This document shows, piece by piece, positions 12,751 to 25,347 of a stretch of 64,000 nt of DNA (the stretch's first letter is position 1; each line of letters begins with the position of its first letter). The notes under the pieces were generated by a model. The model saw nothing but the letters and a program-made list of their open reading frames with translations. It ran no database searches and was not told the origin of the DNA. The translations under genes were made by a program, and so were the position numbers. Source of the DNA: Octopus sinensis (lineage: Eukaryota); the NCBI RefSeq assembly GCF_006345805.1, contig NC_042999.1:73842001-73906000 (forward strand). Reading direction: 5' to 3'.

Positions 12751-13325
12751 ATGGGACTAGAAGGTTCATGATACCTGTGGAGTATCTACTTCTCCCATTA
12801 CAATTATTTTTTGTAGTCTTAGGTCAGGTCCCATTACATCTAGATCTCAGCCTTCGAAAGGATTTTAGGTGGGTTTTTTGTTATAGCAGATCTACCATAT
12901 CCTATTCTGGGCATGGACTTCTTAAACCATTTTCACTTATTAGTAGATGTCAGGTGACAGAGACTCGTGAACAATTCTACGTCTTTGTTCAAGCCTACTC
13001 GTATTACTTCTAATGCTATTTTCAGTCCATCATTTTTTGTCGCCACTGCTGGTGACCAGTTCCGCTCCCTTTTAGCTTCTTTCCCAGTGCTGGTGGATCT
13101 GACTTTCACACACTCAACTCGCCATTATATCACTACTTCTGGACCACTTGTTTTTTTGCATCCACGCTGACTCGCTCCTGATTGGCTCAAAAAGGCTCAT
13201 TCTGAGCTCGGCCTTATTCACCCCCTCCCCCGGCCCTTGGGCATCTCCTCTACATTTGGCAAGGAAAAGGGATTCAGAGGTTTGCCCAGTGGGGGATTAC
13301 AGACATTTAAATGCTACGACGACAA
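12750..13325 (+). pseudogene. Ty3/Gypsy pol fragment (protease end and RT start)
   Basis: Frameshifted translation ...DLPYPILGMDFL... then HYITTSGP ... PWASPLHL...VGDYRHLNATT, matching the Gypsy ILGxDFL and SPWASPLH/DYRxLN motifs. Confidence 0.8.
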
Positions 13326-14461
13326 TGATGATTAGGCAAAATATTCTTTTCTATTCTAAGCACAAGACCCGAAATTTTTGGGGAGGGGGTCAGTCAATTA
13401 GATTGACCCCAGAACGCAACTGATATTTGATTTATCGACCCTGGATTGGGCATAATATTAAGTTAGGTAATATTGTTCTCCTGCTAGTGAAGCAAGGGAG
13501 GTAACTAGAAAACCATTTTCATCCATTGATTTACTCAAGGCTGAGCGTGTGTTAGATAATGGTTGGGTAAGTGTTGGATGACAACAATTGACTATGTAAA
13601 CTATACACTAGCTTTGTAGTAAACTTGAAAGCTCAATATCTAATATTGTTGCTCTATTTAGTCTGACTCAAAATATAAATGTGAAGAACCCTCACCACCA
13701 ATATAAATAGAATAAAGACAAATTATTTTTCTCCTTAAAATTTAATCAACTAATCTGCTTTCCACATAGGTGACTTTTTCTATAGTCTTTGGGGTTAGTA
13801 AATTAGCTGACCTAAATAGTAATATTTTGGTAATACTTGGAATATATATTAGGCTTAGCTATTTTTGACTTGTTCAGTAAATGTTTAACCACTGTAAGAA
13901 GTCTTAATATAGAATTCAATACCACCTCGATTTTAGTTTATTTACTTTTTTAATGTTTATATGTCCTCTCACTCATTGTTGGCTTTGGACAACAATGGGC
14001 AGTTTACTACTATATCCTGATGGTTCTCTGCATTAACTGTAAATAAAATGAAAGAAATTAAGAGTGCATTCTATATCAGGCACACACACATTGGAAAACC
14101 TAGAAGTGCACTGGTCAATAAGTGTAGAGCACCACCTGACCCCATGAAAACTCGTCAAGAGTCACCTCAACAACCCGTGAGCCAGCAGTGAATAGCATCT
14201 GCTTTGGTTTCACCATCTGACCTCATTCCAACCAACCCTACCTCAGTAAGTCGGAATTCACGGCAACAGACTACTATCATTACAGCAGATCAGAATTTGC
14301 TTCAACAACAACGGTCTTCTACTACCACCACCACTACTACTACATTAGGAACATTGACCAAACGGTTCTCTTTCCACCCCACATGCCAATATAGAAAAAC
14401 TTCTTTCTGTTGTTATCATTCTCAAGATATTTGAAGATTTGGATCCAGCAACACCAACAAC

Positions 14462-14727
14462 AAAGGAATCTGCCCTTTCTTCCATTCTCCCTTATGCAGT
14501 ACACTTATAAAGGACACCTGTCCATATGGTATAACAGGAAAAGACTGTTCCCATCTTCACCCTAAATGCTATCCAAGATACAAAGTCCATGGCCCTGACC
14601 CTAGGTATGGATGCACAAAAAGCAATAGGTGTGCCTTCTTCCATTTTAAACTATGCCAGAATTCTGATTCTAAGGATATGCCCAAGCTTGGATTGCAGCT
14701 ACCACCATCTGAAAGGCACAAAATGAA
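14462..14727 (+). pseudogene. Three CCCH zinc-finger motifs, probable LINE ORF1 relic
   Basis: Manual translation from 14462: KGICPFFHSPLCSTLIKDTCPYGITGKDCSHLHPKCYPRYKVHGPDPRYGCTKSNRCAFFHFKLCQNS, then after a frameshift RICPSLDCSYHHLKGTK; not in the ORF track because there is no start codon. Confidence 0.65.
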
Positions 14728-15669
14728 TGCAAAATAAACAGCAACAGGGCAGTGCAACAAAACAAAATCAAAATACAACCGCACTCCACTTACTAACACC
14801 AACCAACGAAGAATCCTATCCATCAGAAGGAACTGTCATGAAGGTGTAGGGGATGGCTGTAATGATAGACAAAGGATAAATGATATGAGATGCTGGTAGG
14901 TGAATTGAAATTGGGCTGTGTATAATGAATGCACAACACACATGAACAATTAACAAAATTTTATTTTATCGCACAAATAATTTATGTTGGTCATGAATTC
15001 GAACAAACTACAAAGTTTATATGCTGGGAAGAATATTATGTAGCTCTTACAAATAGTTGATTAAAAAGGCTTTATAACCAAGCTGCCAAAACAGGAGAAA
15101 ATATACAGACTGGATTTATGTCGGCAAACTGTAGTGGCATATCTAGGTTCAGTAAGGGCCATGATGACGACAATTAAACACAGCAAAATGAGCATGTGGT
15201 TAGCTTAGCTGTAGGCCACCATATGTGAGATGTGTGAACTGAACTGGTCTCCACAAATAAAGCAGGCAAGAGTGGGGACATTTTCTCAGAAGTCTTCAAC
15301 ATGTCTGTCAAGTTGGCGCTAAAAATATGCCTATTTATAAGTCTTGATAGAGATGTTCTGCAGGCTTCTAGAATGATCTATCATATGATATCTGGCTGCT
15401 GATTGTGCCCTAACTCAGCTGCTCACATGAAAAAGCTGTTACTAAAACCCTGATTTTAACTTGGCAATTTGTTGATTCAGTTTCCAATCTTACTACAGAA
15501 CTAAGAGAAAACCATAACAGCTTATAAAATAAACAAGCATAGCACATGACGTTATCAAATGACTAACCAAAGATGTAATTCTTTTTTACTGACTTATCTG
15601 GAGAATATGAAGGCTGGTCTAAGCCTGGCAACTCAGCAGGCTGTCAGCAGCTTTATATCTAAAGCTTCT

Positions 15670-16670
15670 CTGAACTCCTAAACCATGAGTCAGTTGTTGA
15701 TGAAACAGTGATTGATACTATGCAACAAAGACCTATCATTGGCTCCTTAAATTCCATGCCCTCAATAAATGAGGTAATGACAGCAATAAATAAATTGGAT
15801 CTTGGTAGGGCACCTGGAAAGGATGGAATTTGTGCTGAGGTCTTGCGATTTGGTGGTGATTACATCATACAGTCCCTTCATGAAATTATTAGTGCAGTCT
15901 GGAGGGATAGTGCAATGCCTAAGGACTGAAAGGATGCAATTATTCTTCCTCACTATAAAGTAAAAGGAGCCAGAACAATGTGTGGAAACTACAGAGGTAT
16001 TGCTCTACTATCAGCTGCTGATAAGGTTCTGGCAAATATTCTTCTTACCCGCCTGAATGAGTATTTCATAAATGATGTCCTGTCTGAATCTCAATGTGGC
16101 TTCTGATCTGATAGAGGGACAATGGATATGATTTTCACAAGACAGATGCAGGAGAAGTGCTATGAGCAGAATGTGAATCTTGTTCAGGTATTCATTGATT
16201 TAATGAAAGCCTTTGATACTGTGAATAGGGCCTTGCTATGGAAAATACTTAGCAAACTTGGATGTCCAGCAATATATTGTGAGCATGGTGCTTTACAGCC
16301 AGTAGTCGCTGAATTTCAGCATCATTTTCATCAAACCAGTCTCTGTGTCTGGTAGTAGTATATCCCAGTGTTTCAGCAGCACATTGAAGAGCCTGGTCTC
16401 GAAAATCTTCCCATGCTGGACAAGCAACTCTGAAGCTCTTTCCTCTACACAGCATCATAAATCTTGTGGATGCCGACTGGCGCACTTCTCTCTTTCACTC
16501 TACTCATCATCTGGGACCTTGCTCATACCAGACTGTGGTCTGTCCAGCATTCTGATCCATGAAAGGACCCATTCCTGTAGAGAATGGTGTCAAGCAGGGT
16601 GACATCCTTGCCCCAACTCTCTTTTCTTTGTACTTTGCTGCTGCTTTTACTCATGCTTTTGTTAAGGTTA
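15670..16670 (+). pseudogene. RTE-BovB-like reverse transcriptase fragment with an internal inverted segment
   Basis: GRAPGKDGI, NYRGIALLS, SESQCGF, FIDLMKAFDTVNR...LGCP and, after 16551, PVENGVKQGDILAPTLFSLY; 16271-16551 reads on the minus strand. Confidence 0.85.
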
Positions 16671-16743
16671 GCTCTCTAGGAATATATGTCAGTTTTTATA
16701 AATATGTTTAATTTTGGAGAAACTTTTTTATTTCAATACTGTG

Positions 16744-16791
<48 letters not shown>

Positions 16792-18051
16792 TATATATAT
16801 ATATATATATATATATCTTATCTTACACATATATAAAAGAAAGTTGTCTGTTTGTGTCAAGTTGCCATCTACACCTGTTAACAAATTTTCGTGAAACTTT
16901 GCAAACATGCTAAAGTAACATCCAGTTTGTTACTAAGCTCATTGAAGTTTAATAAGAATCTATAATTGGATGGCTAGGGCTTCTGGAAGGGATCCACATA
17001 AATAACTATTAATAGCCAAGGGAAATAACCCATTCATTTTCCTATCCAAGGGATTTTCTTCTTACATTTCACTTCCACTAGATATATCTATTTCCAAGCC
17101 TTTAAGCTTTTATTTTAATTCACATATCGCTCTATATTTCTCCTTTATTAGTTTTCTGCTTATTTCTTTCTTTTACCCCTTCTCTTTCTATAGGCTACCT
17201 TTGACATTATATTTATGAACATTAAAAAAAAACAACAACTTAATAGCGTTCTGTTCAGGTTCTGGACAAGCACAAACACACAGCTATTTACACCCACCCA
17301 CTCACACACACACAATGGGCTATAGTAGGAGACATTTGGTGTCACACACTGGTACTAAATCCAGAAGCATATAGCAAAGAAACAAAGTTCTTACCACACA
17401 GACAGGACTGTGTCTTACAACAGAGCTTATAGAAAAAAATAATTGGTAACCAGCTTCTGAAAAATTCTAATTAATAATTATTATTAATTTGCATTTTATG
17501 TATATTTCTTCTAGCGTAACAAGCAACAAATTAAAGTTTCTTTGGGATCTTGTTATATTACTTTCCGACTTTTGCCAGAATATTTTTAAAAGGCATAGTT
17601 TAGATGTAGCTTAAATTTATAGTTTAATGGCACCCAGCTAATGTTTTTTCCTCATTTTCCTTTTTCTTGTGCTATCAACTAATCTCCACCAAAATCGGAG
17701 GTGGGTGGGCCCTCGGAATCCACCCCACCACCTCGCCTCGGAGTTATTTTTTTTAGTATCGCCATTTTTTTTAATGTGCTATCAACTAATCTCAGCTCCT
17801 AGTATACTGAAAAGGATTTTTTTCCCCTTTGTGGAGTATTAGGAGATCAGAATAGTGGCTGTTTTCTTATGCCTAATAACTACTGTTTCTAGCATATTAA
17901 ACAACCACATTGAGGTCCAGCAACCTTTGAGTTTATCTAAAAGAAAGAGAAAAATGCTTTATACAGCAAATTCCGATATAATCGTAATCTACACCATCTG
18001 AGATATATATGTAGGAAATTTTATTAAATTATCCATGTTCTTGAAAGTTAC

Positions 18052-18087
<36 letters not shown>

Positions 18088-18123
18088 CATACATAATATG
18101 TGTATGTATGTATATGCATAAGA

Positions 18124-18487
18124 TCATCATCATCATTTAAACTCCGTTTTTGATGCTGGCATGGATTGGACTGTTTGATGGGGGTCAACAAGCCAGGGGC
18201 TACGTCTGGCACCTGTCTGGTTTGGCATGTTTTTTGTGGCTAGATTCCCTTCTTAATGCCACCATTTTACAGCGTGGACTGAGGGTTTTTACGTGGCAAC
18301 ACATGGAAACATTGTTTCAATGGCTGGATGCGCTTCCTAACACCACCACTTTACAACGTGGACTGGATGCTTTTATGTGACACCAATGTGGTGCCATTGG
18401 AGTCTGGTGCAGCCATCTGGTTCGCTGGACCTCAGTCAACTCGCCAACCCATACTAGCATGGAAAACGGACGTTAACCGATGATGAT
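18124..18487. mobile_element. Two RTE-type tails pointing outward (minus at left, plus at right)
   Basis: (cat)n-ttaaactccgtttttgatgctggcatgg at left; ccaacccatactagcatggaaaacggacgttaacc(gat)n at right. Confidence 0.65.
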
Positions 18488-19039
18488 ATATATATATATA
18501 TATATACATATACATACATACACATATACATCATATACACACACACACACACACACACACATTATACTCTGTTTTAAATAAACTGAAAGGCAGCCCATCC
18601 TTAACATGGCTGTTTAGTATACTAGAAATAGCAGTTATTAAACATACAAAACAACCACTATGTTGCAAAGGGCGAAAAAAAAAGTCCTCTGTAATTTATT
18701 AGGAGGCAAGATTAGTTGATGGCACCTGAAAACAAATTGAGGTAAAACAAAAAAATAACTCCTAGGCGGGGGAAAGGAATTTCTGAGGTGCAAGTAGACT
18801 GGGAACCTGGGGCCCACCAAAATTGTTCTGAATTGGGCCCCATATCTCCTAAGACCGGCTCTGTCTGTCTGTGTGTCTGTATGTATGTATGTACGTATAA
18901 TAATGAAATTATTGTATACAGTGCTCAGGTGCACCACAACTTGTCAGAAAGTGCGTATAAAGTGTATGCAGTAATGTACAAATGTCTGGAAAGCGAACAA
19001 TGTATGAGTCAGATACATGCTTGTGTGTGTATGTATATA

Positions 19040-19551
19040 CAGTAAATCCTCGAGTATAGTCCGCCCTTGAGTATTATACGTAGGGGAATTTTAGGGGGCT
19101 GTACTTCTGAAAAACCTAAACCTTGTGTATAGTACGCACCCCTTCTCTAACTTGAGTCAAGGCGGTTATTATAACGTCCTTGGTTTGTAAAAATGTATAC
19201 GGTAACGTCCTTTATTATTATTATATATATAACATAATGCAAACGTGTAGCGTTTTTTGGCATTTTGTTTGCAGAAAATAAAGAAATAACAGTAATAACG
19301 TTTAATAAATGTTGCTTACTGCAAGTTATGGATGATTCTTTTATGACTTCATTGCTTTCAGGCGTAGCTTAAGGTATTTTCGTACCCGATATCACAAAAT
19401 GTGTCTGAATAAACATTGCCAGACAGCAAATAGAGACTCGGACATTGCTTAGAAAATATTTTTCCTTTTTAACCTCGTATATAGTACGCACTAGGGGTTT
19501 TGACCTTTAAATTTTGGGGAAAAAATGCGGATTATACGCGAGGATTTACGG
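19040..19551. mobile_element. Tc1/mariner-superfamily (pogo/Tigger-like) MITE, 512 bp
   Basis: 25-bp TIRs CAGTAAATCCTCGAGTATAGTCCGC and GCGGATTATACGCGAGGATTTACGG (22/25 match), TA on both sides (19038-39, 19552-53), no transposase ORF. Confidence 0.85.
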
Positions 19552-19931
19552 TATGTATGTTGACAAACCGCAGGTTTGCCAAGTTCTGGCAATGAAGCCG
19601 AACAGAGTTGTTTCGCCTTGTATGATATAGGAGTTTGTCTGCTTGTATGTATATATGCATTTGTTTCGGAAACTACATGAGTATGTGACATTGACGAGTC
19701 GTAAAAACGGCGAAATGTGCTGCACATTGCTCTCGTGGTCATTTTCAGGAAAGTCTTATATATTTTTTCTCAGAAGAAAACTGCAGCTTTTCGCTTTTTA
19801 ACCATACTCATACATTAAGCATGTCACACATAAAGATATATATATGTTTATGCGTCTATGTGCGATTCTGTGTGTGTGTGTGTCCATCCGTGCATGTATG
19901 TGTGTGTCATCGCATTGACACTACTTCAGTG

Positions 19932-20129
19932 CTCTTTTACACGTTTCAGTCATTTGACTGCTGCCATACTGGAACATCGCCCTTAGTCGAAGAAATCGAC
20001 CCCAGGACCTATTCTTTGTAAGCCTGGTACTTATTCTATAGGTCTCTTTTGCCGAACCGCTAGTTTTGGAGCCATAAACACGCCAACGTCGGTTGTCAAG
20101 CGATGGTGGGGGGACAAACACACAACCCC

Positions 20130-20171
<42 letters not shown>

Positions 20172-20330
20172 CACAATGAGATTCTTTCAGTTGCCGTCTA
20201 CCAAATCCACTCACAAGGCTTTGGTCGGCCCGAGGTTATAGTAGAAGACACTTGCCCAAGGTTTCACGTAAGGGTACTGAACCCAGAACCATGTGGTTGG
20301 GAAGCAAGCTTCTTACCACACTGCCACGCC
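19932..20330 (-). mobile_element. SINE family A, full composite copy
   Basis: Reverse complement of 31607-32016: head, central (AT)n and tail ...gcagtcaaatgactgaaac..gtaaaagag. Confidence 0.85.
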
Positions 20331-20644
20331 CGTGGAGAAATTATTTATATCTTCTGTTAATAAAATACCTGACAACAGTTTGATGTGTAACGAATAGAAT
20401 GCTTTACTTCTAAAATCAAGTAAAGTTACATCTGGCTGTAGAACGCTGCATTAGAAGTCTTGTCCAATTTATACTGGTACAGATAAAGCAGACATAAATA
20501 CAATAATGATGATTATCAGGAAAAATATTAAGAGCACTAAAATAAAAACAAAAATAAAACTGAAGTGAAGAACGAATACATAGTGCGTGTGTTTATTTGG
20601 CAAGTAAAAAATGACTGTCCCGAAATATAACAGTACTAAGGATT

Positions 20645-20760
20645 CTCTCCCTCTATCCGCTCAGTCGAAGTCGACTCTCGGTCACTCGTTGGATAAGTGT
20701 CCTCCAGTCATTCTATCCTTGCCGCTTCCTTCGGACTGGTCATGTCCATTCCGGTTAGCT
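20645..20760 (-). pseudogene. RTE-BovB-like ORF2 extreme C-terminus
   Basis: Minus strand reads KEAAR..DWRTLIQRVTESRLRLSG* (one frameshift), resembling the BovB DREAWRAAVHGVAKSRTRL end. Confidence 0.6.
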
Positions 20761-21576
20761 AATATTATTAACTAGCTGGCTATGTAAGGGAGATAACTGG
20801 GAAAATAATTCCATAGATAAATATTACCCTTACTTTATAGTTGCTAGATTAGCAAGAAAAGGACATCATCGTTGATTTAATGTTCCCTTTACCATGATTG
20901 AATGGAGTTTATTGAGGCAGATTTTCTACGGCTGGATATCCTTCTTGTAGGGAAGTAAGGTAATATTTCCCTACCGTCAGACATTTTCATAGAATATTGG
21001 AAATGAATGACACAACAATTACGTGAAGTCAAGACAAAGAGACACAAACATACAAGATGCATGCACGCGTGTGCACACACGCACACATCCGGATGCTTCT
21101 TTCAATTTCCTTACAAGGCTTTGTTGACCTGGGGCTATTGTTGAAGACACTTGACTAACTGAACTTGGAATTATGTGGTTGTGAAGCAAACTTCTTGACC
21201 ATATATCTAACAGTTAAAACCATGGTCCACCAAACGGACTATCCCATACAATTTACTCAGACACAGAAAAAATCAATTAAAACATTAAAAAGAAATGGTT
21301 TAATGAATATGATTTTTTACTATGAAAGGTTTAACTGTTAAGATTTTCAACATTAAGTGCTATTAACCATTATAAGCTCTTTGATGAATCAGAAAAGAGA
21401 AACAGGTGCATTAGTGGAATATGAACCATATTTCTATCAACTGCCAAATGATTACTGAATGCATTATAGAGCAGCAGCCAATACCTCTATAATTCAATAC
21501 TAATTTAAATAATTTTATATCAACATTATAAACAAAGAGTGTCATAGCCCATCTCATTAGGGAAAGAGTCTGTTTA

Positions 21577-22780
21577 GATGAGATGCAGTTCAGTTTTGTT
21601 CCAGGTAGAAGCACCACTGATGCCATACTCCTGGTTCGACAACTGCAGGAGAAATACCTAGCTAAAGATAAACCCCTCTACTTAGCTTTCGTGGACTTGG
21701 AGAAAGCCTTTGACAGGGTCCCCGATCCCTTATATGGTGGGCAATGCGGAAACTGGATTAGTAGTGGAGGTAGATGCTCAGAGAGTGTCACCACTAGAAT
21801 ACGAATAGCCTGGGCAAAGTTTAGAAAGCTTCTACCCTACTGGTGACAAAGGGTCTCTCGCTCAGAGTGAAAGGTAGATTGTACGATGCATGTGTGCAAA
21901 CTTCCATGCTTCACGGTAGTGAAACATGGGCTGTGACTGCAGAGGACATGCATAGGCTTGAAAGAAATGAAGCTAGTATGATCCGTTCAATGTGTAATGT
22001 CAGTGTGCACACACAACAGAGTGTAAGCACCCTGAGAAAAATGCTGGACATAAGAAGCATTGGATGTGGCATGCAAAAGAGACGTTTGTGCTGGTATGGT
22101 CATGTACTATGGATGGATGAGGAGAGATGTGTGAAGAAGTGCCATTCCCAAACAGTTGAAGGAATCTGGGATAGAGGTTGACCCAGGAAGACATGGGATG
22201 AGGTGGTGAAGCATGACCTTTGAACATTGGGCCTCATAGAGGCAATGACGAAAGACCAAGATCTCTGGAGATAAGCTGTGACTGTGGAGACCCGACAAAT
22301 AATGTGAGTTCATGGCTGTTTCCTGCACCTGCTTCACATAGCAGCCCCAACCCATCCAAAGTACCTTGGATTGCAGGACGGCCTGCTGTGCTTACCCTGG
22401 ATCATAGGGTGACTTGCTGTGCTTGAGGAGACCTATTGAGTCAAGTACATCAACATCAAATGGAAATTGTAGCTGCGATACCTGTGCTGATGGCATGTAA
22501 AAAGCACCATCCAAATGTGGATGATGCCAGCGCTGCCTTGACTGGCTTCCGTGCCGGTGGCACATAAAAAGCACCAACCGATCCTGGTCATTGCCAGCCT
22601 CCCTTGGCACCTGTGCCAGAGGCACATAAAAAGCACACACTACACTCACAGAGTGGTTAGTGTTAGGAAGGGCATCTAGCTGTATAGACACTGCCAGATC
22701 AGACTGGAGCTTGGTGCTGCCTCCTGGCTTCCCAGACCCCAGTCGAACCATCCAACCCATGCTAGCATGGAAAACGGACA
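21577..22780 (+). mobile_element. RTE-clade LINE fragment with internal deletion, plus 3' UTR
   Basis: MQFSFVPGRSTTDAI...FVDLEKAFDRV joined directly to SSGGRCSESVTTRIRIAWAKF and LSLRVKG...GSETW; tail catggaaaacggac at about 22780. Confidence 0.85.
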
Positions 22781-22885
22781 AAGAGTGACCTGGTGGTGGA
22801 ACAAGGAAGTTGACAGGCCTGGAAAGACTTGAAAAATGGTGGAAGCAGATAATTATGTCAGGTAGCCAAAAGGGCAGCTAGGATA

Positions 22886-23266
22886 ATGCAAGTAAGACTC
22901 AAAAGAGATCTAAAGAAGAATGTAACAGTCAAGAAGGTGAATGACAATGACCTTTTTGTGTGCAATATCTGTAACAGACCATGCCTGTCTTTGGCTGGCC
23001 TCAAATTGCATCTGCGAATGCATGGAAAACGAACCTCCATCATCTATTCTGACTATATGTCTGTGAACACCTTTGAATGCAGTGTATGCCAGAAGGTTTG
23101 TAAACCCAATGGAGGCCTCGAAAGACATGTTAAGATCCACAAAAAGCAGAACTTATCTGTAGGTATTGGTGGTCCAAATCAGAGGTGCAATCTATGCGAG
23201 TGTCTTTTCAGAACATTGTCTGGTTTGAAAAGCCACATCAGACGCCATGATGGTGATAAGGTGTAG
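22886..23266 (+). CDS. Open frame with three C2H2 zinc fingers (probably the C-terminus of an RTE-BovB-like LINE ORF2)
   Basis: C-x2-C-x12-H-x3-H at aa 26-46, 65-85 and 101-121; 18- and 15-aa linkers with no TGEKP; hairpin ggtggt..actc..gagt..accacc (23272-23307) and a microsatellite follow the stop. Confidence 0.6.
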   Translation: MQVRLKRDLKKNVTVKKVNDNDLFVCNICNRPCLSLAGLKLHLRMHGKRTSIIYSDYMSVNTFECSVCQKVCKPNGGLERHVKIHKKQNLSVGIGGPNQRCNLCECLFRTLSGLKSHIRRHDGDKV

Positions 23267-23345
23267 GTACAGGTGGTCAAACTCTGTATAAGGAGTAGAC
23301 AACCACCATGTGTGTATGTATATACATACATACATACATATATAT

Positions 23346-23930
23346 ACTAGCAGTATAAGCCGACTTTGCCCGGGATTAAGTTAGGATTATTAAGCTAATC
23401 AAGTTCTTTATTTCAAACCAAGCTAAGTAACATTGACATCAAATTTGGGCAAAATCTGTTGAAACTGGTTTATATGTATATATATATATATATAAATATA
23501 TGGGCAACACACATACACACATGTATGTACGTACACCTATTGCATACATATTTTTTGCATGCATATATGTTCGTGTGTGTGTGTGTGTGTGTGTTGCCTG
23601 TATATCAACAAAACACTTTTTTCCTCGATGGAAAAAAACCAACAAAAGTCTTAACAAAAACTTATTCGTCGCTAGAAGGGGACTTAACTCCTGTTTGCAA
23701 ACAATGGTGATTTCTCTGACTTGAACATTGTTAAAAGTTTTGGTTGAAAATTTATTTTTACTGCTTTTTGCTGGTGCCTCTGGTAAAAATAAGTTGACAA
23801 AAATACAGCTAGGGTCATAACGAAGGTTCTCCTAAAATTGGAGCGACATGCATGCTAATTTGTGGACGTGCATAAATTACATTCATGTACACACACAAAC
23901 ACACACACACACATCCTGCCTTTTATATAT
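23346..23930 (+). mobile_element. Probable non-autonomous Helitron/Helentron-type (DINE/HINE-like) element
   Basis: Starts actagcagtataagccgactttgcccggg (short subterminal inverted motif); ends with (CA)n then cctgccttttatatat; internal microsatellite. Confidence 0.45.
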
Positions 23931-23937
23931 ATATATA

Positions 23938-24490
23938 TCATCATCATCATCTTCATCTTTTAACGTCCGCTTTCCATGCTAGAATTGGTTGGACAGTTTG
24001 GTTGAGGACTGGCAAGCCAGGAGGCTGCACCAGGCTCCATTCTGATCTGGCAAGGTTTCTACAGCTGGATGCCCTTCCTAACCCCAACCACTCTGAAAGT
24101 GTAGTGGGTGCTTTTTACATGCCACCGGCATGGGGGTCAATCAGGTGGTACAGGCATCGACCATGCTCAAATGGTGCTTTTTATGTGCCACCAGCATGGG
24201 AGCTAGTCAGGAGGCACTGGCATTGACCACACTTGAATGGTGCTTTTTATGTGTCACTGGCACAGGAGCCAGTCAGGCAGCACTGGCAACGACCATGGTC
24301 GAATGGTGCTTGTTATGTGTCACTGGCATGGGGGCCAGTCAGGTGGCACTGGCATTGACCATGCTTGAATGGTGCTTTTTACATGTCACTGGTCACGAGG
24401 GCCAGTCAGACGGCACTGGCAATGATTACACCATTCAAATGGTAGCTTTTATGTGTCACTGGCACAGAACCAGTCAGACAGCACTGACAT
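23938..24490 (-). mobile_element. RTE-type tail element with a roughly 60-bp internal minisatellite
   Basis: (cat)n tail at left; repeated gaatggtgcttttatgtg(t/c)cac.ggca...ccagtcagg..gcactggca units. Confidence 0.75.
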
Positions 24491-24579
24491 ACACACACAC
24501 ACACACATATATATACATACACACGCACACACAACACACACACACACATCGGACCATTCTGTTGGTTATGACAATGAGG

Positions 24580-24875
24580 GTCCCAGCTGATACAATCAAC
24601 AGAACAGCTTGCTCGTGAAATTAATGTGCAAAAGGCTGAGCACTCCACAGTCACATGTACCTTTAACGTAGTTCTCAGGGGGATTCAGTGTGACACAGAG
24701 TGTGACAAGGCTAGCCCTTTGAAATACAGGTAGTACTTATTTTTACCAGCTGAGTGGACAGGAGCAATGTGAAATAAAGTGTCTTGCTCAAGTTCACAAT
24801 GCATCGCCGGGAATTGAACTCACAATCTTAAGATCATGAGTGGAATGCCCTAACCACTAAGCCATACGCCTTCAC
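24580..24875 (-). mobile_element. SINE family C (tRNA head)
   Basis: Reverse complement of 60414-60690 (gtgaaggcgtatggcttagtggttagggcatt...gagttcaattcccggcga...ttgagcaagacactt). Confidence 0.75.
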
Positions 24876-25347
24876 TTATATATATATACTTGGGACGTAT
24901 TTTGAACTATAAAACTGCTTGCTGTAGTGAGAAATTTTCACATGAGTTAGTAGGTGCTAAAATACCAACAACAATGCATTTCTAGCTTCTTGGCTATGGT
25001 CATTTATGTGCACCATTAGAGAGACAAGTCTGAAATGATTCAGAAAGTCTTCACTTAAGATAAATCTGTATCAAAACATGAACTGACTATATGTGACACA
25101 GGCCTAGACTATAACAAAATATTGTAATAGGCACATGAAAGCAGTGTTGTGAGTAATTAACAGTCCATGATGACAATGAGGCAATTTTTGTAACACAATG
25201 CTTTGATGTTATTAGGAGATAAATATAGCTTTTATAAGTAGAATAAATTATAGTTCAGTAGTTTTGCAATTCTGGTTCGAATGTTATGAATGTGTTTTGA
25301 TTTTGAGAGAAAATAAAAGAAACCAGGGTCATTAGTAGTGTGTTTTA

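Noticed and set aside
18770-18863. hAT-like terminus (reverse complement cagagccggtcttagg)
   Set aside because: The matching opposite TIR and an 8-bp TSD were not found.
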